Shown here: positions 15,101-27,500 of the stretch, piece by piece
Layout: each line of letters begins with the position of its first letter
Position numbering within the stretch: the first letter of the stretch is position 1
From: Styela clava
Lineage: Eukaryota
NCBI RefSeq assembly: GCF_964204865.1
Contig: NC_135252.1
Span: 6,634,001-6,698,000 of the forward strand
Length of the DNA: 64,000 nucleotides
Direction: 5' to 3'
Notes under the pieces: model-generated
What the model was told of the DNA's origin: nothing
The model's database searches: none
Seen by the model: only the letters and a program-made list of their open reading frames with translations
Made by a program: the position numbers and the translations under genes

Positions 15101-15502
15101 CAATTGTTTCAAGGTTTTAAAGCTTTTTGCAAAAACCAACTACCATCTTTTTGGTTCGGCATCACGAAAGTAGTTTTGAAAACTTTTGTGGACAAAGTTG
15201 TTGTTGTTTACTTTGAAGATCTGGTGAAAAATCCAATAAAAGAAATACGTCGTATTGTTGAATTCTTACCTAAAGAAATTGTTGGATCGGACGAAGAATC
15301 GTTGGAACGGAGATTAATGTGTTTGAACTTGGATTTGGCAGGAAAGTTCAAACGACCGCCACGAAAACTGAACTTCGATCCTTTTGATGAATTACTGAGA
15401 GGAGAAGTTGACAAAAGTATTGAAAACATGAACGAATTATTGCTTGAGCGCAATCATCCCCCATTGCCTCATTCGTATTTTTTACCATATAATGTGACCT
15501 AA
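170..15502 (+). CDS. WSCD: WSC-domain-containing sulfotransferase (WSCD1/2-like), paralog 1; 9 exons, ~528 aa
   Basis: GT-AG exons 170-258, 503-621, 965-1103, 2810-2985, 3122-3320, 3436-3564, 7979-8121, 14680-14883 and 15114-15502 join in frame (1587 nt). N-terminal type II TM anchor ([12 protein letters not shown]), two Cys-rich WSC-like repeats, PAPS-binding motif [20 protein letters not shown] and a C-terminal RLMCL...GKFKR...FDPF segment typical of WSCD proteins. Confidence 0.9.
1283..2104. mobile_element. hAT (Charlie-like) MITE, degenerate
   Basis: Termini caaggctgcccaa ... ttgggcaggccta with internal ggcccgc motifs; TSD degenerate. Lies in intron 3 of WSCD paralog 1. Confidence 0.6.
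5007..5161 (+). pseudogene. Duplicated copy of the WSCD paralog 1 intron 3/exon 4 junction (pseudo-exon)
   Basis: Near-identical to ~2730-2884, including the acceptor AG; the CAG codon has become TAG (aacgcagcacag to aacacagcatag). Confidence 0.85.
5623..6506. mobile_element. MITE with long TIRs and CATG termini
   Basis: catgtatggtgacccatcgttgtcactagtgaaaattaaaag matches the reverse complement of tttaaatttcactagcgacaacgttgggccaacatagacatg. No TSD seen; interrupted by a HINE. Confidence 0.65.
5764..6057 (-). mobile_element. Helentron-associated element (HINE/DINE-1-like), family A
   Basis: Reverse-complement copy of 15774-16082, with (CAGA)n microsatellite, subterminal IR and terminal stem-loop. 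Confidence 0.8.
8935..9112. repeat. ~15-bp tandem repeat array (gggtgcaaatgtacgt-like), remnant of a MULE/foldback family
   Basis: Repeated gtgcaaatgtacgt/gtacaaatgtccg units; the same unit occurs at 52710-52790, 54325-54480 and 59812-59998. Confidence 0.75.
9205..12138 (+). mobile_element. hAT DNA transposon, near full length, with ZMYM1-like transposase
   Basis: Perfect 14-bp TIR cagtggcggcgcgt/acgcgccgccactg; perfect 8-bp TSD acaaccta (9197-9204, 12139-12146); subterminal caaccggggcaa motifs. Inserted in intron 7 of WSCD paralog 1. Confidence 0.95.
9735..11723 (+). pseudogene. hAT transposase (ZMYM1/TTF-zinc-finger/DUF4371-type), disrupted
   Basis: Motifs WLCYS..NALFCF, LRGHDE, DETTD, YDGAAVM, HCYAH, TRW and SSADAEQTF are split across several ORFs by a stop (TAG 9894) and frameshifts. 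Confidence 0.9.
13355..13652 (-). mobile_element. HINE-like element, family B
   Basis: Shares ends (ctcaaatat-like...ggacacg and aacaacataataacaaaacgatccata..gtgtcc) with copies at 33876-34217 and 44483-45437. Confidence 0.7.
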
Positions 15503-15773
15503 GATCAATTATTGTGATAGTTCCCAAGTTATGTTATTGCTGAGATTTAAATTTTTGCCATTCTTCATTAGCTATTTAACTGCTTGGTCACGGACTCGAA
15601 AAATATATTCGTGAAGAGATCAGGTCGACATAACGTGATCCAGGTCGGTTCTCACTTTTATGTACTGTCTGCCGCTTATAACACTCTATCGTCATCGCAA
15701 TATAAAAATTAACTAATTACAAATCATAGTGTTTACAACGAGATAGAAGCGCTTGGTATCTTCAACGAGTTTT

Positions 15774-16082
15774 TACTTATCGATTTTAATCGGTAAGTAT
15801 GTTGATAGGTATTTGTCTGTCTGTCTGTCCGTCTGTCTGTCTGTTAGATGCAAGCGATATCTCACGAAAGCGAGATCGAATCTGCTCCAGATTTTGCATG
15901 TGCATTCATCATATGTCGGACCAGATCCCTATTAATTTTAGATGAATTATGTCGTATAATTAGCGAGGTATTATTCAATTAGTGATGGGACACAAGGTGT
16001 CACTATGGAGTAAGAGCGCTGTTTTGGGGGATTCCCTAACTTTCAATAGATAAGTCTTCGGTCCCTGACCGATATTCTCGTT
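15774..16082 (+). mobile_element. Helentron-associated element (HINE/DINE-1-like), family A
   Basis: Starts after a T-run with acttatcgat and a 5' hairpin, then a (TCTG/CCGT)n microsatellite, 3' subterminal IR gataagt, stem-loop tcggtc-cct-gaccga, ending ttctcgtt. This is the canonical DINE-1 layout. Confidence 0.85.
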
Positions 16083-16210
16083 TAATATTTGGAGACATTT
16101 TGGTCAGATAAAATCTTAAATCTCCCCATTCTCTGGTGGAAAGGCATTTCTTCGGTTTGATAGTGGTCTCGCGTCTAAAACCCCCTTTTATACGAAATAA
16201 TTCTCTAAAA

Positions 16211-16611
16211 CACCGGTTCCCAAAGGGGGCTCTTTATATGAATCAATAAATTCATTTTTCCTTTCTATGTCATTTACTTTCTGTCACATATTTTCCCCTA
16301 TTGTACGTACTAATAGACGTGGGCACTGTTTGCTGCAAATCCGTGAGCTTCAGTTCATTTATCTGGTGTACCGAGTTTAGCGAGTTATATTTAAGAATTT
16401 CTAAAAAATCGAGCAGATTTGAGAAAGAAGAGTTGACCTATTCTCTTTATTATTTATGCTTACATGTTTAAAAATTTCATATTGCATAAACATTAACGAT
16501 CACAAAATTGAGATTTATTCATAAAGGCAGCAATTTATTTTGTGTAATTGCGCCCTATGTTCATTCCCTGATAATTTGGCGCCTCACGAACAAAAAGTTT
16601 GGAAACCGCTG
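16211..16611. mobile_element. hAT (Charlie-like) MITE
   Basis: TIR caccggttcccaaa / tttggaaaccgctg; TSD ctctaaaa/ctctaaag (7/8 match). Confidence 0.8.
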
Positions 16612-17935
16612 CTCTAAAGAAATCTTGGAAATGGAATAAGCCATGGTTCTACTTTGTCAAAAACGCGGGTATTGGTCATAAGTAATTGAATTCGTCTCGC
16701 ATTTGTAATCGAAGACGCGCACTTGTAGACTTTGTCAAGAAGCAGAATAGTCGAAGGCGGAATCACAACCTTTTTAACACATTCGGATTTCCGAATCGCA
16801 TTGACTAACTGTAGAAAAAATGTATACAAAGGTCGTTCACTATATTCTTTAAGATAGATCGACGTCTCTGAAAATAACGAAGTGTTAAATGTTAGTGGAA
16901 CAGGTTGATCAGTGGATGATAATATCCACAAGTACAAATCAGAGTTCACACAAATGCTATTGCTCTCAATTGTCAGCATTGGTGAGTTTAAAGTTTAAAA
17001 GTACGTACCTGAAATGTCATGTTTATTTATAAGTCTTCTGATTCTTGTAAAGTCGTGAAACATGTTTGCATATTTTAACCATATTCTACTCAAAACGTCC
17101 TTTTTACGAAATGGTTTTTCCCCTTCAATTGACGAAATAGATAACATTTTATGTAGACAAGTATATTTTATATATTGGTAAAAGTTGCAACATCTTCAAT
17201 CGCTATGAACTTCTGTCTATCATATAGTGCCGTGAAAGTGGTATGCCAGAACATTTTCTCAGAAGAAAATATACCAGAAGTTAGGGTTTTGTTTTATATC
17301 AATTCTAAAGAAACATCGTGTTTAAAACAAGGGCTTGTTTTAAATCAAATTTTTTTCTGTATTTTTTTTATTTTTTATTGAAATACCCATTGCATCGCCG
17401 CGAAACTACGCCAAAATGTTGCATTCTGGCAGCTGCACACGCAGCCGGAGTTATAATTCCAAAAATCAAAGGAAAATTTTTTATTTTTTATTTTACTTCT
17501 ATTGCGTATATTTATCGCCACGTTTGTATCTCCACCAAAGTCATAAGATTTTACCAGGAATGTTTAGCCGAGACTTCAGAGAGACGTTTTGAGTAAGAAA
17601 AATCATGAAAATTAGCTCACGAGCCTACTACAAAAGCAATTATATCGAGTGCAACCCTTCGGCAAAACAAGTGGGTTGCGGTTGCGTCTTACTGCGCCAA
17701 CCACTGAACTACAGCTTGAGAAGGTGTGCATGAGCCTATATCGATATTTGTGGCGTTTTGAACAATTTATTGCAAATAAGAAGCGCTTGGCAAATTTTTA
17801 CATTCATTTTTCTTCAATCTATTCAATACAAAAAAATCAAATAGTACAGCTATTTTAAACAAAACAGGCAAAAAAAACTTGATTTAAAACAATTGTTTTT
17901 GAACAAATCCCTACCAGAAGTATTACCCATTGATG

Positions 17936-18171
17936 GGGGCTCCCGAAGTATGCGAACCAAGATGGCGGACATCGGAATGTAATATGTGTACTAGGTTAGG
18001 GTTAGGCCATAATTTTAGGTATAAATACTACGGGAGGCTCTTGGCTAGTCTTCGAACTGATAATAGGACTAAAATAAGGAAAATTGGAAAAAAATTATCG
18101 CCTAACCCTAACCTGTTACCCATGTTACGTTCTGATGTCCACCATCTCGGTTCGCATACTTCGGGAGCACC
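17936..18171. mobile_element. Merlin-like MITE (GG termini, long TIR, 8-bp TSD)
   Basis: Long TIR gg(g/t)gctcccgaagtatgcgaacc(a/g)agatgg; perfect TSD cattgatg; internal ttagggttagg/cctaaccctaa motifs. Confidence 0.85.
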
Positions 18172-19106
18172 CATTGATGTCATAAAACGCCTATAATAGT
18201 ATAATTTTACATTCTTGAAATTAAAAATCCGGAACAGCCGAACACATATACCTGTTGCAAATGAAAGAGCATTTATGCGGGATGACGAACGACATTGTAT
18301 GCAAGTAAATTAGGAGTGTGTTTGAATGAGCGTAATTCCACATTTCTGAGCACGGGATAAATATTGTTACAAAATTGACTTTTGCTTCGACTACCATTCT
18401 ATTATTGACATCCGCGACCTGTGTAACAAAAAGCCTTTGTATTTTGTTTCGATCTCCGCTTGTTTATATAGCGTTCTATTGTTGCGATACTTCGAGTATG
18501 CCATTACGAAAACACGATAAATTAACTAACATTCAGCAGTAATTCAATCATGAATCCTTTATTAATTGCTATCACTGGCATACATATGCTACCGATAAGT
18601 TATAGGTGATGGATAGTTGATTGCTTTATCAATAAATAGAAAATATCTGTTAGTCAGCTTTTTCATCTTGCGGAAGGTTACAATGGCCTGAATATTGCTC
18701 GGCTGGAAATGCTCACGATTTTGTCTGATCGACGAAGTTGAACGATTCCGAATCAATGCGTTGGTGTTTCTAAGCATTCAGCAGCACCCAGAGCATATCT
18801 GATTTACTAAAATGTACTAAATAAAACTACCTTGATAATAGTCTGAGGGAAGGAAAATGAGAAAGGAAGGAAATTGTAAGTCTAGTATGCTCTTTTGATG
18901 ATACAATAGAGAGGCCAAAAGTTTTTTCAAAGCACATATATAGGAGATGAGCCTAAGATCGAAATCATTTTCAAAGTTCTAACAAATTTCCATTTTTAAC
19001 CGCTATTGATAAATTTGAGATCAGATAACATCATCGCTGTAAAATGCATGATTCAACAAATTATATTGAAAATGGCATTTCAGGTCACGTTCTTGTAGGC
19101 TATAAC

Positions 19107-19285
19107 CAGTGGTGGGATTCAGCCGGTTCGCACCGGTTCTATAGAAACGTCTCATGGAATCTTATGAGATCAGCGAACCGGTTAGCATTACTGGTTACTC
19201 TCAATGACTTTTTGTAACAGAACCGGGTGAAAAATGTGACTTTTGTGATGGAACCGGCTGACAAAAAATTTGAATCCCAACTCTG
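19107..19285. mobile_element. hAT MITE (cagtggtgggattca family)
   Basis: TIR cagtggtgggattca / tgaatcccaactctg; perfect TSD gctataac. Confidence 0.9.
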
Positions 19286-20247
19286 GCTATAACTATATGT
19301 GGCGGTTGAAAATTATAAAATATGTGCTTTACCGAAAATTCTTACAGGAAAAATAAAAGGACTAAAGTTATGGATAGCACGGAATTACACTTAGTATATA
19401 TAGCGGTCAACAGTTTGATATTTTAATGAATAAAATCAATCTCTGTAACCGACGCTAAGCTCATATAAAACGATATCGCTATGCTGGTGTTTGAGATTGC
19501 TAGTATAACCGGTGATACAAAATATTGATTTTAAACACGACCTTCACTTTCGAGTGAATAAAGAATTTGATGTTTTAGAAATATTCTACATTTTTTGTGG
19601 CCACTTGATAGCAGTATTCCAAGAATATAATGTGCTGATAAGCCTGTGATATAGTCAGGTTTTATTATCATTGTTAAAATCTTTTACGTCATTATAAGTT
19701 GAACTGGGAATGTGATAAACATTAACAGCGTACTCATACGACTATCGAGAATCCATTGTTCCAAGTACCCACTCGTCTTTCAAACAACTCCATGGCTAGA
19801 GAGTGTGCTTACTGTATGGTCTTTTTTGTCTACTATCGCCGTTGAGTAATCTGAACAAACAGCGAAGCATGTGCAGTGTGATAGAGGGTTTGTGTCTGTT
19901 AAGAGTTAGTAAGCATAAATCCTTTGTTGAAGATCAGTAAAGTTATTTTTGAGTATAAAAAATGTCACGATATAAGATAGGTAGATAGGAATTGTCAAAT
20001 ATGAAACGCAGTCAACAAGCCACGGGTAAATTTCAGTGTGTTATGCGCCTATCAATCGTTATTTTATATACAAATTTCGAAATTAAATCTTAAGAAGATA
20101 ATTAAAAAATATTCAAACATTACTAAGAATTTGGATTAGCATTTTCATTTTGCATTATTTCTTTTAGAAACAAAAATTGAGTTTTATGAAAGATTAATTC
20201 GTCACTGCCTCTCCCATTTGAATAGGAGAAGTCTTAAATGATTTTTG

Positions 20248-20484
20248 GGTACTCCCGAAGTATGTGAACCAAGATGGCGGCCACCGGAACGTAGTATGTG
20301 TACCAGGTTAACGCTAGGCCATAATTTTATTCCAATTTTCCTTATTTCAGTTCTATTACGAGTTCGGGGACTAGCCAAGTGACTCCCGTAGTATTTGTAC
20401 CTGACATTATGGCCTAACCCTAACCTGATGCATATACTATACGTTCCGGTGTCCGCCATCTTGGTCACATACTTCGGGAGTACC
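20248..20484. mobile_element. Merlin-like MITE, same family as 17936-18171, inverted
   Basis: TIR ggtactcccgaagtatgtg; TSD gatttttg/gatttttc. Confidence 0.85.
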
Positions 20485-20813
20485 GATTTTTCTTTATTTT
20501 TACTCTATTATCTTTCTCACTCACATTTGTAATATCGAATGAACTTGAATGCTCCAATTTGAACTACATACAGGATGCAAGTAAACATTTTACATTTTTT
20601 TTATTGTTAAATTGTCAAATAATGCAGAATACTTGTGTACAGAATAAACAACTATACAAAGCACAAGAAACCACTGATTTTGTGTTATGATTTCATGCAG
20701 GTCATCAGAAAAAGAAAAGTAACTTTATTGAATTCCTTCCTAATTACTATTTTATATTATTTGCATGCAAATTTCAATAGTTTATTTATGTAACTTTAAA
20801 TGGTAAATTCAAC

Positions 20814-22138
20814 ATGAAAGCATTATCCAGCGGTGGAAGTTTTCCACCAGATAGTTTTGATGTTGATTTAATTGCTCATGCAAGAACAGGATTAGCCCGA
20901 GTTCATCAATCAATTGCCAAACAATCCATAGAAGAAACAAAAAGTAAGGTTTAAAAAAAAGGAAACTACTGGAACGAATTACTGTTTATAAAAAAATTTC
21001 GTGTTAAATATATTGCTTTGATAGCTGTAAATAATTTTTTGCTGAAGAACAGCATTTAGTGTTTTATTCCCATGTAATAAATGGAGTTGAACTAAACCAT
21101 ACAGGTATTAAATACAGAAGTATACACTATACATGTTCTCCTTGCGAATAAAATAATACAAAGCAATGGATTAAAGTATATTATGTCGTTTTGTGCGTTC
21201 TTTCTTCCGAAAATTCGGTTTATAATTTAACCAGTCGGTGTCCATTTTCGAACAAAACCATTTTCGAACAAATTTGAGTGAATTTTTTTCAATTCTTAAC
21301 AGAACAGAAACACGTTTCAAAAAATAATAATTCTTCAGATAAAGAGGTGGTAACACTGCCAAAAACTGCTAAAGATAAGGAAAAAACAAATTCTAACCAG
21401 AAAAATGACGGAAAAAAGACAATAAAGTATATCAGTATTAAAGAACCTCCAAAAAGAACCGCCTTTTATGAACATAGTAAACAAGGAATGAAATACTGGT
21501 ATGATGACCGACAATCAAAGAGATGTAAGTTTTATTCGTTTAAACCATAGCCAAAAACAGTAACTACTTTTGGGCACTATCGAGACTGTTTGTATATCTG
21601 TCTTATTTTCATGATTTTGGCGCATGATTTTTTTTTTTCTATATATTCACGTTACATAAAATTGAAATTGCGATAACAAAAATGTACGTGAAATGAAGTG
21701 TCACCGCGATTATATAATTTAAGAACACTTATTAGTTATTACAAAGCATCTGGCTCCTTCAATCAAATTTTGATCGATGCGATTTAGCAATCAAGATATA
21801 CTGGTGAATGGTTAATGGTCATGCTTGATTTGAATCGCGTAAAATTTGTCATGGTTTCATACTGGATTTAATCTTGTGTCCACAATGCCACTTTTGGAGA
21901 AATACATCGGATAAGAAATATTAAATTAGAAAGATCAAAGCAAGTACAAGCGATTTAATGAAGCTTTCATTTCTTTGCGTTCATTCCAAGAACTGAAGTG
22001 GTCATCTCATGTGGACTCAATAAAAAATGTCATATGCTCACGTAACGATTTTTTTTTTCACATCTCCCAGTTCTCAGCAAAAACGTACTCGGAAGAACAG
22101 GGACATTACTTGGACTTGTTGATTCACCATACAAATAG
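20814..22138 (+). CDS. Putative 3-exon uncharacterised gene, 139 aa, Lys-rich
   Basis: Exons 20814-20943, 21303-21524 and 22071-22138 have good GTAAG donors and pyrimidine-rich AG acceptors. Both introns are phase 1 and the exons join to a 420-nt ORF (MKALSSGGSFPPDSFDVDLIAHARTGLARVHQ...YWYDDRQSKRFLSKNVLGRTGTLLGLVDSPYK*). No homology recognised. Confidence 0.6.
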
Positions 22139-24562
22139 ATACCAGCGATAATATATGAATGAATCGTATTATTTCAAGTTTTGAAATATTCAACAATGAA
22201 CGTTCAGCATCAATTTGATATGTAAAGCTGTGATACCACACAAAACTGTACCAAAGACAACGTTTATTCACTAACCTTTTGACTAAGATAAATAATAAAA
22301 TGTTTTAATATATACATTCGTTGCCTTACTGAAGATACTGATTTATTTCCACCACTTCAAACTATTCTGTTTGCGGAATATGTAAAAACTTTTTGCCGAA
22401 AGGCTGTATAAGTATAGAATGCTCCCTGTTTAACCGTCTTTACATTTTCTTAATGTTCTAATTTACAGTATATCAATTGTTTCAAAAAAATTTTTGTATA
22501 AATGAATTTTATTTCAAACAAAATATATATTATCTTTTAACTCATTTTTATGTATTACTAAACGCACAGACAAATATCCAAATTGTGTAACATCCACGTA
22601 AATATCGTATAGACAAAAAATTATATAATAAAAAAACGCTTGAATTAAATTTTAATAATACAGCTTTATTTTGTAATACCTCTATATTTTATTAATTGTA
22701 CTTTGTGTCTGGCTTTGTCTATGTTTTTAAAAAATAAACCAATCTTGATTTGTATAACAAATCTTAAATATTATAATTTCATATGGTTTATTATTCTTGC
22801 ATTTGTATAGATTTTCTTCTGTGTGCTATCTTATATCTCCTCTCATACTATTTACAAGGTAAAGTGTGTAGGAAGTCGGTTGCTGAAACACAGTCCAATA
22901 TATAGAATAAACAAGAATTCAAATTTTTGTTATTCATGTTAATTATTTTCTTATAATAAACCAATATTTTTGCTGTATTTTTCTGATATTTAGAGCTTTT
23001 TGATGAAAAAAAAAAATTAAAAAATACTGTTCCTTTACTCGAATTTTGATCGGATCTACTTGATTCATCCAGATGAAAACATACCGTAAGTATGAAAAAC
23101 CACCAAACGTGTAGGTGATTACGTATTGAGAAATGCACATAGGAGAAACGGAGAAAGGTTGGATAAAGCTAAAGGTCTAAATATAAAATTTTAAAATTAT
23201 TCCAACAGATTGTCAATAAAAATGCCACATTTATGCTTCAAGAACCTCTAACCACGCCCGATAAGCATCTAATGATAAGATATATATTAAGATAAGATAT
23301 ATATATTATGTCGATTTGAAATTTAAAAATATTTAATTTACTGTTAAATATCAATGCGTTCTTGCGAAATTACCCGCCATAACGGAAGTTTCCGAAGTAC
23401 GTCATAGATAATATAATGATTATCTTGAAACACGTTTACCTAAAATAACCAAAGCCAGATAATTAAAATGCAAAACTACTCTTTAATCTGAGATGGACTT
23501 AATGAAACGGACTATTGCGCTATTTGCCCGGAAGGCATAATTGTCACTACACAGCGCTTGACAAGCTCGTTTTCAGACCAAATTTGTTAAAATATACTAG
23601 TCAAGTTGTTGCGTCAAATAATCCAGTTTATAGGAAGTGAAGAATAGTACTTATTCATAATAATTCGTTATTAAGTAAAATGCTGTTTTCACCGTGACGA
23701 TATTTGCTAGAAAGGAATAGTCACTGAAAACTGGGAAATAGCTAGGAATAAAATTCGTATCTGAAACCATGATTCATTGATATCACATATTTGGTGGGCG
23801 GTTAGAACCATAGTACATGTGGCCTGAGTGATGCGTGAACTTACAGAGATGGCAGAATTGTAAGAACAGGCTACAGAACAGATAAATTAAGGGGAACTGA
23901 AAACTCTCAGGAATTGGGATAATTATCCATTTTTTATTGTGAATTAGTGCAGTGAGGCTTAGTGCTATATGCTGATAAACCTTTTGTGCCAACATTACTT
24001 TTCGTTCGACCATTACATAACATATCACTTAATTTTACCTACCTTTCAGTAGCATGCTTATGCTATACACACTTAATAAATAAAATCCTGCTCAAATATT
24101 AGTTCCATGTGTCGTCTGATAGTTGTCAATACATATAAATTGAAAACTTTTCTTAAAAATAACATTTGCTAGACGTCTAAACTACTTTTCTGATCTTTGT
24201 AGACTGTGAGTGAGTAAACAGCAAAACACATTGTCAGGCGATGAGACCTGTTTTAGCCAATCAATGGCTACTTAATAGGAAAGAAATTAAACAAAATTAA
24301 AAATTACAATATCAAAATAAGTTTTAAACTTTCATAGTTTTTGAAATGCAGATGTTTTTCAGTTAGATAGTTTACAAAGTAGCAAATTCAAAATGTATGG
24401 CAGCATTTCCGCTAAATTTGAAACGATAAGAAATTTTAGACCATAGCACGGTGGTTAGAATATAAGATATATAGCCTAACATGCGGTATATATATAAGTA
24501 TATATATATGCGGTAATGGGCGACTAATCTACGATCATTTGTTTAAAATTAGCAGTTTCAGT

Positions 24563-27500
24563 ATGTTATTTGCACGTAAATTATTACGATATTTTTGTGT
24601 TATCGTCATTTTTATATTCGTCATTTTAACGGTTGATTTCTACATACCACGAAGGTAATATTTTTTCACTAATTTAGTGTATAATTTTTCTCACCATAAA
24701 TAAGGATATATATCTATATATACAGTCAAGAATATTTCTATCCTATCATTAATTGCATTTTTGGATTTTATAATGGACTGCTTTTGTAATAAGTAGATCT
24801 TAGTTCAAAAAATCCCGGACCATTTCCTGAAAAATGCCACGTTGGCAGTTATAATGACATATTTTAGTTTTGCGAACTTGATTGACACAACTACATGAAT
24901 GCATTTATGGTTCCTTTATTTACTGACAAACTGATATCAACAATTTATGATGTTAATGATATTTAAACAGCATTGATGTGTTGAAGAAATTTCTTTAGTG
25001 TAAAGAACTCGGTTTTCATTGTTTTATTTTGATTTACTATTTCTTTATCTGCACTCTCGATATTTTCTGATTGTTTTTTCTTTTTCTTTAAAGAGTGATA
25101 GACGATGAATTGGACGAAAATTCCGTACGGGAAGACAACACAATGGTAGCTCTGGTAAACAATGATGAAACTCTTCCTGCAATTTTGAGAGAAGCCGATA
25201 AATTCCTCGATCCATCAGAAAAACCATTAATCCTCAAAGAAAATAAGAAAAGTAGTCCAAAAATAAAAATTCAAAGAAAAAAGAAAATTCAAAGTAAAAT
25301 GAATACCTCATTCAGTACATTAAAAACAACCAGTACCTCACCTAGGTTCGATCAAGACCAACTTAGTATAAATGAAATGATAGAGTGGGAATTACCTCAA
25401 AGGAAGACAAAAGTGAAAGTTAACCCAAAAGGCTGGGCCTATAAAGGACCGAACAATATAAGATGCAAGGGTAAGTAAAATATATATTTCAACAAATGTG
25501 TATTTATTTATAGGATTATCTGACCCGAAGTGATGTTATATATAACTTGGGCAGCCACATAAACTGTCTTAACGTCTACGGTAATATGACCCTGTCATTT
25601 TCCCATATTTATCCATTTTTAATAAGGCACCGATGTGATTTTATTTGATACTCAAATTTCATTACAAAGTTCAATCCTTTTTTCTCCTGATAAATTTCCG
25701 AACTCATTAAGGTAATTTTTTATTTACTTATAGTTAACAGCAATTTTATTATTTTTCTTTTAGTGTCTAAAATTTTCACGTAGTTTTCATTCATCGTGTA
25801 TACTAAATTTTTGGTACATATAGAAAAGCACTAACAGCAATTTCCATATCACTGCCATTTTTATTTTTCAGTGAGTGAAGTTGGTTGTTTTTTACCTACT
25901 GAAAATCTGGTAATAACTGAAAAAATAAAAAGAATAATATTTTCGAACATGACCGATTGGATTTGTATAGAGATGTGCTCAAAAAGGTATGTTAACAAAT
26001 ACATTTGCATTTCTTCTTTTCAAATTTGGAAATTGTGGAAAAATAACTTTACGGATCGCATCATCTTCACTTACATCATTTTATTATCTGGAAAATGATC
26101 TTCAAACAGTTTTCTTGCTTGTTTTGTGGAGCCTTCGCTAAATACTACAGTTTAGGACGGTATTTGATTTATTTTGTATTGCTATGGAATTGTGGGATAT
26201 TAGTAACATTGGCAACACCCGTAATCAATCCGATTCAGGTACATGTATTGTAGATATCAATATATATAGTTCTGTAATTCTTCAAAGAATGAGGTATGCA
26301 CAGATGCAAAATATACATTATTATATGAATGGAATATTCGAGAAAAATAAATTTGTTCCAATCATCGTCTTTTAAATGTGAGCAAGGTTAGAACTCGTTA
26401 AATACCACAGAATGAAAAAAAGAACCTGATTAATCTTGATGACACTTCAAATTTTTAATAAGCTTTGAAATATGAGATTATTCTGTATAATTGTACCTTT
26501 ATTTCTTTTTTTCAAGCAAATCATTTCTTTGATACTTTATTTCAAGCATGCCAACTAAAGGTCGCAAGCTGTTAGACATCGTGTTTGCAAATATCAGAAA
26601 TGGCAATGAATGTTTATGCAGTTTTGGAACATCTTCATTTGAAACAATTGTATCACTAGAAGAAGTAAATAAATGTGATGTACCGTGTGTCGGAGATTCA
26701 TCGATCAAGTGCGGCGGAAGAAGAAATATCACTATGGTTTATAGAGTATTGCCAAAATGTTTACCGGGTAAGTACTACACTTAACAAAAATAGATTTATA
26801 TTTGGGATAGGAGGAGTAGGGATGTCAGCGAAACGTTGTAAATCGGCGTATCGAATTTCTACACAGAAAAGCATAACCTGGGCATGATATGGTAGATTTA
26901 CATTAATATCGATAGTTTTTTTATAAAAGTTTTGCTCACAGGCAACTTTCAACTACGAGTAGAGTTTACAATTATTTTATATGGCAATCTTGATTTGTAA
27001 ATATTATCAAATTCAATGTTAGCTGTACTAAATATATAGATTGTACTGAAAGATTAAATTGTTTTCGTTGGGTCATTTCTATTTTATTTGTTTTAGCACC
27101 TACACTAGAGAGAGTAATCACCGAACAAGTGAAACTTGGTTGTCATTGGAAACCACTGGATTTTGAATCATACATGGAAGAATATTTCATAACTGCTAAT
27201 CAGTCAACGCTTGCTGCAAAATGTCTTTTGCTCTGTGAAAGTAAAGGATTGATTATCGCAGTTCCGCTTTTGCATGATCGTTGTTACTGTGGACTAACTA
27301 CTTCCAGGTACATACGTTTTTCAAATCTGAATCTATTTGGGATCGAGCATGAAATGAAAAATGTAAACTAAAAAAGATAGCAAATAGCAGACTATAATTT
27401 TCTAGATAGTTCAGCATTCTGACCGATGACATGAGATTAAAACGTTTAATGGGCGTTTAAAAGAATTCTTTAGGAATTTTTGGGCGATCTGAGGCCAGTT

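Noticed and set aside
18589-18777. 62-aa minus-strand ORF
   Set aside because: No consistent splice partners or homology recognised.
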